Positions 25,660 through 36,562 of a stretch of 64,000 bases of DNA are shown here, piece after piece. The notes beneath the pieces are model-generated. The model saw nothing but the letters and a program-made list of their open reading frames with translations. It did not search any database and was not told where the DNA came from. Numbering within the stretch: position 1 is the stretch's first letter; each line of letters begins with the position of its first letter. The stretch spans positions 15,011,903 through 15,075,902 of the forward strand of contig CM082577.2 in NCBI GenBank assembly GCA_040954595.2. The letters are read 5' to 3'. The DNA is from Balanoglossus misakiensis. Taxonomy: Eukaryota > Animalia > Hemichordata. The position numbers and the translations under genes are program-made.

Positions 25660-27060
25660 TACTGTACACTGTGACCTGGTTAAACATTGACACAACAGTT
25701 GCCCATATAGCATGTATGGTGTACTGAGTGTTCATGCAAAGTTTTGCATAATACTGTCCACTATGGACTGATTAAATATTAATGACGCAAGGGTTGACCT
25801 TATAGAACTCTCAAATATGGTTTGTGTTGAGTGTTAATAAAACGATGGGTACTGTACACTGTGACCTGGTTAAACATTGACACAACAGTTGCCCATATAG
25901 CATGTATGGTGTATTGAGTGCTCATTCAAAGTTTTGCATAATACTGTCCACTATGGACTGGTTAAAAATTGACGCAAGGGTGACCGTATAGAACTCTCAA
26001 ATATGGGTTGTGTTAAGTGTTAATAAAAGGATGGGTACTGTACAATGTGACCTGGTTAAACATTGACAAAACAGTTGCCCATATAGCATGTATGGTGTAT
26101 TGAGTGTTCATGCAAAGTTTTGCATAATGCTGTCCACTATGGACTGGTTAAACATTGACGCAAGGGGTGACCGTATAGAACTCTCAAATATGGGTTGTGT
26201 TGAGTGTTAATAAAAAGATGGGTACTGTACACTGTGACCTGGTTAAACATTGACACAACAGTTGCCCATATAACATGTATGGTGTATTGAGTGTTCATGC
26301 AAAGTTTTGCATAATGCTGTCCACTATGGACTGGTTAAACATTGACGCAAGGGGTGACCGTATAGAACTCTCAAATATGGGTTGTGTTGAGTGTTAATAA
26401 AAAGATGGGTACTGTACACTGTGACCTGGTTAAACATTGACACAATAGTTGCCCATATAGCATGTATGGACTTGAGTGCTCATTCAAAGTTTTGCATAAT
26501 ACTGTCCACTATGGACTGGTTAAAAATTGACGCAAGGGTGACCGTATAGAACTCTCAAATATGGGTTGTGTTAAGTGTTAATAAAAGGATGGGTACTGTA
26601 CAATGTGACCTGGTTAAACATTGACAAAACAGTTGCCCATATAGCATGTATGGTGTATTGAGTGTTCATGCAAAGTTTTGCATAATGCTGTCCACTATGG
26701 ACTGGTTAAACATTGACGCAAGGGGTGACCGTATAGAACTCTCAAATATGGGTTGTGTTGAGTGTTAATAAAAAGATGGGTACTGTACACTGTGACCTGG
26801 TTAAACATTGACACAACAGTTGCCCATATAACATGTATGGTGTATTGAGTGTTCATGCAAAGTTTTGCATAATGCTGTCCACTATGGACTGGTTAAACAT
26901 TGACGCAAGGGGTGACCGTATAGAACTCTCAAATATGGGTTGTGTTGAGTGTTAATAAAAAGATGGGTACTGTACACTGTGACCTGGTTAAACATTGACA
27001 CAATAGTTGCCCATATAGCATGTATGGACTTGAGTGCTCATTCAAAGTTTTGCATAATAC

Positions 27061-28493
27061 CCCTTACGAAAAAATAAGGCTTCTGGCGAACAGTTGTGGT
27101 AAACTTATATACCATATACCGCAACTGTTTGCGGCGCATGCGCGGCTAATGCATATTTTCGCATGCAAATGAGCTGTTGCGGCGCACAGTTGTGGTAAAC
27201 ATACCGCAACTTTGTGGCACATATGCGGCACGTATGCCAAAACAGGGGTTTGTGGCGTACATGCCGCAAATTCTGCCCTTTGCAACTTTGCGGCGCATAT
27301 ACCGCAACTGTTTGCGGCGCACGCGCGGCTAATGCATATTTTCGCATGCAAATGAGCTGTTGCGGCGAACAGTTGCGGTAAACATACCGCAACTTTGTGG
27401 GTTTGCGGCGTATATGCCGCAAATTATGACCTCTTGTTAATACATGTAATTAATCCCTACTGTGGCCCCTTCTTAGCTACCAGCCACCCGTGAAAAGAAT
27501 TGCCAATCTATCCATTCTGTTCTGAAGTTTGCATACTTCACAGTAAAATGTACATGTATCTTGGTTCAGCAAATCTTAATTCTCATGTGAATTTGGTGTG
27601 TCATATTCATACATGTACTTCCCATAAGGAGAGTTATCCGAAGTATATTCAACAGGCTTAGACAAAACATCCTTTCTTTGTTAAATTGTGACCCTCATTG
27701 TTTATTTCAACAGCAGGCATTTTATAGTTATCTCAAGTGATTCAACTACCACAGAAACCAACATAATTTAGAAAACTCACCCAGCTGTATACATGTCATT
27801 GCAATGTTCTTGTCTCAAGTGTCCTCTTACTGGTATAAATTGTCTTGGATCAACACCAGAGTTTTTCTTTTGCAGACACTTTTCCATTTAGTCTGACTTT
27901 TAGTACAAGATTATGACATCATCCTCAGGAAATTGTTCAAACTACTGACCTCTGGTAATGCACAAATATCGCTACCACAGTATTCAAGTGAAGCAGCTTC
28001 CAGCTGTATGGATTGGTGACATCAAATTCATGGTTTTTGATGGGCACAGTGACTACAGTGTAACCTTACACAATCAAAATGTCCGCCTAAATGAAACCAG
28101 CCTCATTCTCGTTTCTGCACATGTCACCAAAAAGTAATTATAACCAGCTGCATATTCAAATTCTGTTTACTTGAACGTTCTGGCATATATACCGCAACCG
28201 TGCCGCAACAGACTCCACTGATCACCAGATAATATCAAACTCCCTGTTTACTTTACTTTTGCGGCATATGCGCCGCAAAAGGCTCCACTGATCACCAGTA
28301 GTACAAGACACTCTGTGTTTACTTAAATGTTGCGGCATACGTGCCGCAAAAGTCTTGACTGATCGCCAGAAGTGTGCCGGTACTGGCGATCATCGGCGAT
28401 TAGTCGCCACAAAGTTGCGGTCAGAAATTTGCGTGCCGCACATGTGCCGCAACTTCGCCGCATGTTTGCCGCAAGAAAACAACTTCGTAAGGG
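27061..28493. mobile_element. Non-autonomous CMC/EnSpm-type transposon inserted in the satellite
   Basis: TIR CCCTTACGAA/TTCGTAAGGG; 2-bp TSD AC verified against the empty unit; dense subterminal GCCGCA/TGCGGC repeats. Confidence 0.85.
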
Positions 28494-30620
28494 ACTGTCC
28501 ACTATGGACTGGTTAAACATTGAGGCAAGGGGTGACCGTATAGAACTCTCAAATATGGGTTGTGTTGAGTGTTAATAAAAAGATGGGTACTGTACACTGT
28601 GACCTGGTTAAACATTGACACAACAGTTGCCCATATAGCATGTATGGTGTATTGAGTGCTCATTCAAAGTTTTGCATAATACTGTCCACTATGGACTGGT
28701 TAAACATTGACGCAAGGGGTGACCGTATAGAACTCTCAAATATGGGTTGTGTTGAGTGTTAATAAAAGGATGGGTACTGTACACTGTGACCAGGTTAAAC
28801 ATTGACAAAACAGTTGCCCATATAGCATGTATGGTGTATTGAGTGTTCATGCAAAGTTTTGCATAATGCTGTCCACTATGGACTGGTTAAACATTGACGC
28901 AAGGCGTGACCGTATATAACTCTCAAATATGGGTTGTGTTGAGTGTTAATAAAAAGATGGGTACTGTACACTGTGACCTGGTTAAACATTGACACAATAG
29001 TTGCCTATATAGCATGTATGGACTTGAGTGCTCATTCAAAGTTTTGCATAATACTGTCCACTATGGACTGGTTAAACATTGACGCAAGGGGTGACCGTAT
29101 AGAACTCTCAAATATGGGTTGCGTTGAGTGTTAATAAAAAGATGGGTACTGTACACTGTGACCTGGTTAAACATTGACACAACAGTTGCCCATATAGCAT
29201 GTATGGTGTATTGAGTGCTCATTCAAAGTTTTGCATAATACTGTCCACTATGGACTGGTTAAACATTGACGCAAGGGGTGACTGTATAGAACTCTCAAAT
29301 ATGGGTTGTGTTGAGTGTTACTAAAAAGATGGGTACTGTACACTGTGACCTGGTTAAACATTGACACAACAGTTGCCCATATAGCATGTATGGTGTATTG
29401 AGTGCTCATACAAAGTTTTGCATAATACTGTTCACTATGGACTGGTTAATTATTGACGCAAGGGGGGACCGTATAGAACTCTCAAATATGGGTTGTGTTG
29501 AGTGTTACTTAAAAGATGGGTACTTTACACTGTGACCTGTTTAAACATTGTCACAACAGTTGCCCATATAGCATGTATGGTATATTGAGTGTTCATGCAA
29601 AGTTGTACATGTACAGTCCACTATGGACTGGTTAAACATTGACGCAGGGGTTTACCTTATAAAACAGTTGAAAAAATGTAGGGTCCCTTATTGTGATAAT
29701 TCGCCCGCCATAATGCCAAAGTAAGCAAATTAGTCAACTTTAATCTGTCTCAGACAATTTGAGTTCACTGTTTGTGTAAGGAATTTTGTTGTTGACGACT
29801 TCAATGTTGTATTCACGTTGTTATGTACTTTACATAGTACGGGGTACAACAGAATTAATGTTCTGTGCACCAGAGAACTCGTGTTTAAATTGCAAGAGTT
29901 AATATATCAAAAATGTATCACCCTATACAAAATGATAGCATGTGATAAACAAGGGATGTTAAAAACATTGCAATCTGCCAAGCATTGCACCATTTTCACT
30001 ACATGTAATTGAGACAAACAGCAAACCGATTACAGAGTTTGTTCTATTTTACGATAATTTTGAAGTCATTGATCTAGTTCAGACATTTGTACTAATCCTA
30101 AGCACGACTCAATCGAATTTTTCGTAAACCTTCACTGAAAATACATCCAATGCCTCAAAATGCCAGCACAGAGGGCGCCCCAGTAGGAGATTACCAGTTT
30201 TTATAATAGAAAAATTGCCAAAAAGGACAATTTTTTTCTATTCCGCAATTCCATGTACGTCACCTTCGATTGTTGGTAAGAATGTTATGCCTTCCTGAAA
30301 AATAGACAAACTACACTACCTGAAACTTGTTATTAGTCGAACAGTTTCCTCCGTGCCTCGAAATTCCATAGATAATGGATGAAAGATTGAAATCTATCCG
30401 TTAGAATTATGCAAATTCTTAGATGCGCCCATTGTAAAAGCAGATAACGGGAGTATACAGAGGGCAGTGTGAAGTGTGTGTCACTGAGATAGGCCAAATG
30501 TTGTAAATTGCGTTACTATAGTATCATACTATGTTTACAAAACAATTTCAATTTCCTTCCGAGAACCGACCCGAAAATGTTCATGTATACCATTAAACGA
30601 AGCTTGTACATTTTTTGGAC

Positions 30621-30738
30621 ATTTCTTACCATTCTTAGTATAAAAACAGCTTGCCTTTAAGTGTAACAGCTTGCCTCATAGTATAAAAACAGCTTGCCTT
30701 TAAGGCAAACTGTTTTTATACTAAGAATGGAAAGAAAT
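30621..30738. repeat. Palindromic element with an internal partial duplication
   Basis: ~37-bp arms ATTTCTTACCATTCTTAGTATAAAAACAGCTTGCCTT / AAGGCAAACTGTTTTTATACTAAGAATGGAAAGAAAT. Confidence 0.8.
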
Positions 30739-33700
30739 AATATTACTACAAAGGCGAAAACGCCCTCAGTGGCAAACATTGTCCTTGTTCCTTCTATCAT
30801 TGACACTTCACTGGAAACTGCAGGCAAGGATATTGAAAGGGTAAAAGGCAGGATCTGTATGTCTATTTTAAATTGGCGATTTTCGAAATATTCAGATTCA
30901 ACTAATGTATTGTCTGACGTCGACTGCCAGGCTGGGTTTCGTTAAAGGTCACGGTACCCGATGATAAACAATGTATATACTTTGTATGCCATGATTCAAA
31001 AATACCACACGCAGGAAATCATACAGAAAGGAAATAAAACTATAGAAAGTCAATAATATTTAGAATGTGAACTTTTGTACTCATTTGTTCGTGTTATTTG
31101 TGTAACAGTTGATAAATGTACGTTTAATTCACGTTGAACCTTTACGAAGACTGACAATTATACCTTGGGTACGTTTGTATCGCCGCTGTTTATTGGCCGG
31201 AGGCCTACAGCGCATATAAGAAGACACATACTCCATAACTACGCAAGTAACGACTATAAGTAGAATGTATTATTGCAATTATCACGTCGTCGCGATTGGT
31301 CTATAATAAAGATCGGGTGTCTTCATCATTACCGCCGTGGGCATCTTCCCTCGGGCGGGCAACAAATTGTGAAATTTCCCTTCGCCATTATGTTTTATTA
31401 TTTAAATAACAAAATAAAATTTGATGAGTACGAAGTAAATCAGTTGGTTCGCTTAAACACATAACAGCCCTGTTATCCTTGTTATAGTCTGAGTCCACTT
31501 GTTATTATCTCAACGTGTCCAGGAATTCAGAATACACTAACACATCAACACGCACATTATACTCCTCCAAAAGACGGGTCGTATTTCATGCACGACAGAC
31601 TTCATGTGTTACAGCGCCCTCAATACCGCTAGCTTTTAAGGTATTCCTTCTGTAGCCTGGTGCAATTCATTGAGTGAAAACCTAAACCCATATTGATACG
31701 TCAACATGTTATTCAAAACAACGCATCGACGCAGCTGCTTGCAATTAATTCTAATTACCAAATCGATAACTAATCTTTCTTTTTTATTTTGATTAACATT
31801 CTAACATGTGAGAAGTTGCAAATCAGAAAATGCAGTTTTTTTACAAAGATTCCCTCGTCAAATGTCAAACAGTGTAGGATTGTTGAGTGTGTTTGTCTGA
31901 CACCAGCACTATTAAAGTGCAAAACCTTCCAAATAACGGAATAAATGTAATTCTAAGAGTTACGGGGTACACAAGACATGCTACATGACCGTAATTGTCA
32001 CGACCTGGGCTTTTCATGGCAGTTTTTGCTCGTTGTCAAACTGGAGTTGACGTCGACATGTTAATATCCAAGGAAATAATGTAAACATGTCTAGATGAGT
32101 TTCGAGAGGCCATATACGAAAACAATTACATAATGGTTTTTAAGAGAACATTTGTATTTTCAGTAATTCTGTCGCATTTCCGAAGCTCCGCGTATTTTCA
32201 CGGAACTGGTGACGTTATTCTGGGGACAATGTTCGTTTCGAAGCGGCGGCGCAAACAGCATAGCTAAGCTAGAAAAGTTGTAATTAAAGGTTGATAAATT
32301 GTAAAAAAAGTCCAGTATTGCTTCCACCTAGACCATGTTCTTCTTTTCAAATGGAGTTGATTGCTTCTTAAAAGTTACCATGTGCGTGTTGCAGGTATTT
32401 GTCAAAGAAAACATTGCATTTCGTCACGAAATGTACATTCCTAATGAACAGTGTAGATATTCATTTGTCGACTAACCGTGCAAATTTACTTGTGATTGCC
32501 AGACGCAGTTTGAATAAAACCGATATCGACCGAACTGCACGATCCCGACACACCTTTACAAAGTCGCAATATAATGCATCACTTTTGAGTTTTTCATTTC
32601 AGAAAATCCGGTGTTGTTTGTTTGCCAATTCGATCAATAAACCATGGCATGGCAAGTTTTTCTATTTTTTTCTCCATGTTTTAGCTTATTAAAGAACTTA
32701 ATCAGGTGACCGTATAATAAGGCAATACCTGTGTAGTGATTATGTAAGTATTCATAAATTTCACCGACAAGATTTACCAAATTGAGGTGGAAGAAAGTGC
32801 CACAGTAAAATGCACTGAAATGATGTCGACAATTTATTATTTGAATTGTGCGACACAGAATCGCAATCTCATCTCATAATTTTATACGCTTCTCGTAACT
32901 CATGGTATTATGAATGTAATGGACAAGTATCGCCGTTTAAAATAAATCCGGGGTCAGTGGATATTTGTGTTTCGGATACCCGCAATCCATGATGTAGCGA
33001 TGACAGTACAGGTACATGTACTTATGAGTTGGAATCAGAAGGCTCAATCAGACTTTTTTCGTTGACACAAAATTATCTAAGCTACATGTAATATGGTTTT
33101 GCTATATTGGAAATTCAAATATACATATACATGATATCTGTAACCCCCATCAGTAATTCAGTGGATTGAGCGGGTTGACGTCTTTAGTCAGGACCTAAAC
33201 ATACTGTCCATGAGAATTTATTACCCCTATTTTCACATTCAATAATGATGGGGAAAAACTGGCAAACTATACCATATACAATATGTACATAAATAGTAAA
33301 ACGTCGTATAAATCAAGTAAGTTCTATGAAAGTGCATTGGCATTTGAGCAAGTTGCTTGTTTTTGAGAAAAAAATCAAATAGAACGGTGAAATGTAAACT
33401 ATTTTCAGACTTTTCTTCAAGATCGTATTGTCACAATGTAGTTCCAAACATTTTCATTGCACTCTTTACAGTCAGTCATGTTCAGAGGAGCCTTGTTATC
33501 CAGCTTCATTCACTTTGTATAATACCTGTCATTATCAGGACGCCATGGTTACGCAGATAGGTCTGTAGCTGCCATACCGTATCATGCTTATCTTTTCAAA
33601 CACGGGCTATGATTTAGGTGACCAATTACAGAAATTTAAGCACACATTCCCCTTTATGGCCTATTGATTTATCAAAAGCCATTAGCATTGTTTCCAATTT

Positions 33701-34516
33701 CAACCTTTACTACCGCTAGTGCCGGTCGTAATGACAACACGTGTGTTTACTGTAACCCATGGCGACATGTGATCACGTGATAAAATGACGCGAAATTGAT
33801 GTTGAAATTTAGAGACAGTTTCATTCTAATGATTCAACCCATGGGCGTACGAAGGTAGACTATTTATTTGGCCACCGCATTACATTGTTCACCAATACAT
33901 TCTACAGCCTTTAATTTGTCCTTTTAACCCAGATTACAATTCAGGGTTAAGGTAAATAACACTATTTTGTTTCACTGTAGCGTTCTAAGGAAATCAAAAT
34001 GAGAATATCGATAGTTGGGACAAAACAAAGTATCCGACCACAGTCTGCACATCGGTGAGGAGAATTCAGATCTCAAAGAAACAAGATAAAGGGATTAGGG
34101 AAAACTTACTCCTTTAGAAAATATGTCATGTCGAGTTTTGAAATTAGCTTTGCTTTTGGCAGGTCACTCCCCTCCGCGGGTTTTCTGATATGTTAATTAA
34201 TAACGAATTCGGCGTTCATATAACACTCCTACCTGCAATTTCTTTACAGATTGTTCTTTTAATGTTATGGTAATATGTGGTACAATCTGTGATAAAAGTA
34301 AACTACCACATATTTCATTATAGTGTCCTTTAATTTAGAAACTTCCAAACGTACGCGTGTTCCAGGAATCTCAGGGTCCAATATTGGACTGTACATGAAT
34401 GATCGGGCTCTATATACTATGAGCAGTCCCAACTTTAGCTGGGCGTCTGCTGAATATCTATTTAAATGCACCTGCGCATTTTTCGGAATGCCACACATGG
34501 CTTTGAAACGGACATA

Positions 34517-34717
34517 CTGTAAAACGGGTTATTTTCGCGAACAATTCTTTTGGCGAAATACGCGAGAGTAAAAAAACGTGAAAATAAAAAGTCGCGTTAT
34601 TTTTGTCCAGAGACACCGATGCAGAGAAATACGAGAATGCGAAAATTAATCCTCGTGTAACAGTTGCCTATTTTGATCTCGTGAAAATTTCTTGTCGCGA
34701 AAATAACCCGTTTTACA
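34517..34717. mobile_element. Tc1/mariner/pogo-type MITE
   Basis: TA-flanked; ~23-bp TIR TGTAAAACGGGTTATTTTCGCGA. Confidence 0.8.
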
Positions 34718-36538
34718 TAATTTCCTCTTGTATAGAAAGTTATTTGCCTCGTATCAATTCGAAAAGTGACCTGTATTGTCTCTACCACGTTTGTCCGAAT
34801 GCTGTGGCTACGTTCTCTTCTTAGTGTGCTTAATTCTGAAATCGAATAACAAAAGCGATTTGATATTGGGAGGACATGAACTATAACGTAAAGTTGTCTT
34901 GTGGAACAGATGCGCTATTCATATCATATGTTCAACATTACCACGAAGCGCCCGATCAGATGATATACGCTTTCATGTGACCACAACATGACACGAGTAA
35001 GATCAAAGGCGCTATCTTATGAAGTAAACGAATGACAGATTGAGAGATCGACAAACGTGAAACACGTCGTTTAATGTAAAGATAAGCGATTTCAATATGA
35101 CAAATGAAAAATTGTAACAAAGGAAATTACGACATAATAGCTACAAGCGTATTCGAATGGACTGGACGGTCACGTACCCCAAAGTGCTACCGGTAAGAGA
35201 TACGCATACTTATAGCGAGGAGACGTTCAAATGGTTTATACGTAATCCAATCGTCTCCTCCTGTCGGCGATGTGATGTTGAGAGAAAGTTGAAGACAGAT
35301 TTCTAGTGTTCAACTATTCTAGGCTTTCTGATTACTCAACTTAGTACATTCAGCAGACTGTGTATTTATTCAAGAGTGGCCAAAGTATTACACTTTCGGG
35401 GAAAAGAAACGAGACGATAAAGTAATTTAGGGAAAGAAAGATATACAAATGTGTAACATCGCAAACATATTACGAGTTTTAGAATCATCAGTTAGATTAA
35501 AGTTGTCGAGAAGTATTTATCTGTAAGCTTCAAAAAGCGCCAGCAAACAGGATGGAAAAATCGATTTTGTTCGAAATTAGTATGTTTCGCACGGATCCGT
35601 TGATGGCTTAAAAGTGAAACACTCCAAGCAGTTTTGATTGCGTTTACAGAAGAAAGGTTTTGCAATGAAACTAGCAAGCCATTGTTGGCGCAAGAAGGAG
35701 TGAGGAGATTTCAACATTGGAGACCAAAGAACTGGATTGTCAATTTACAGGCAAAGCTTGGCATAATTGGGCAAATTATTGGTTAGACGGATAACGCCGC
35801 AGTCTTGGTACAACGCAAAATGGATCTGAACTAATTTAAACGTCATTTTGCCGATGTTTTGCTTGATTTCGTCTATTGAAATGATTGTTCTGAAAATGAC
35901 GACAGCGTCGTTTAAACCACTCTCCAGCTGCACGTGTGATTTTCGATTAACCTCACTTAATGAGCTGGAAAACAATTACGCAAATTACGCACGAATCGAG
36001 CATAGAAGTTCGACTCATTGAAAAACACGAAATAATAAATAATCTCTTTGTGCTTTTTGCCAAGCACTGGGACAACATTTGTATCCCTAATATACCGGTA
36101 GAGTGAACGATGGAAGCTATTCAACTTTTCTTGCAGTAATCGACAGAGTGGTTTTATTGCAGGTTCTGCGTGGTTGCCAAGCAGCACAATACGCCACCAC
36201 GTGCGGTTACAGTGTTTGGAATTAACGACACTGGCAGATAATTAAACTAAACATAAGACATTGACATTATGCTTTTACCATTGTCATAAAGACAAGTTTC
36301 TAAAGTGCACCGAACTACACTACATTCCTACACAGTTTTTTCCAAACATTTCCCTTGTCTTTCTTCATAGATGTAATTATGCCCACGTTTATCTGAGTGT
36401 AAAGGGTGTCTATGATTTTGTTGCCTGTGTCTGTGGGTCAATGTATCTGTATCACCGCCCCGTGGATCTGTTGAAGTCACTAAACATGGAGCGGTCTAAC
36501 TATATGAACATCATCAGACTGCAGAGGAGTTGTAAGAC

Positions 36539-36562
36539 TGACGTCAGCGCTGCCATGGAAAC
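36539..36562. promoter_or_regulatory. Adjacent CRE (TGACGTCA) and RFX X-box-like site (GCTGCCATGGAAAC)
   Basis: Motif match only; followed by a strong + strand donor CTG|GTGAGT at 36583/36584. Confidence 0.35.

Larger units (their letters stand above)
21040..29660 (+). repeat. Satellite array of ~186-bp dimers (two related ~93-bp subunits), about 30 units, interrupted by two transposons
   Basis: Alternating ACTGTCCACTATGGACTGGTTAAACATTGACGCAAGGG... and ACTGTACACTGTGACCTGGTTAAACATTGACACAACAG... subunits. Confidence 0.97.

Noticed and set aside
21040-29660. CRISPR-like array or repeated ORFs (…WLNIDT…)
   Set aside because: Eukaryotic context, no unique spacers and no cas genes; the ORFs are by-products of the satellite.
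34090-34232. Minus-strand exon candidate with GTAAGT donor
   Set aside because: The phase-1 frame contains a stop and the acceptor is weak; cannot be joined as a coding exon.
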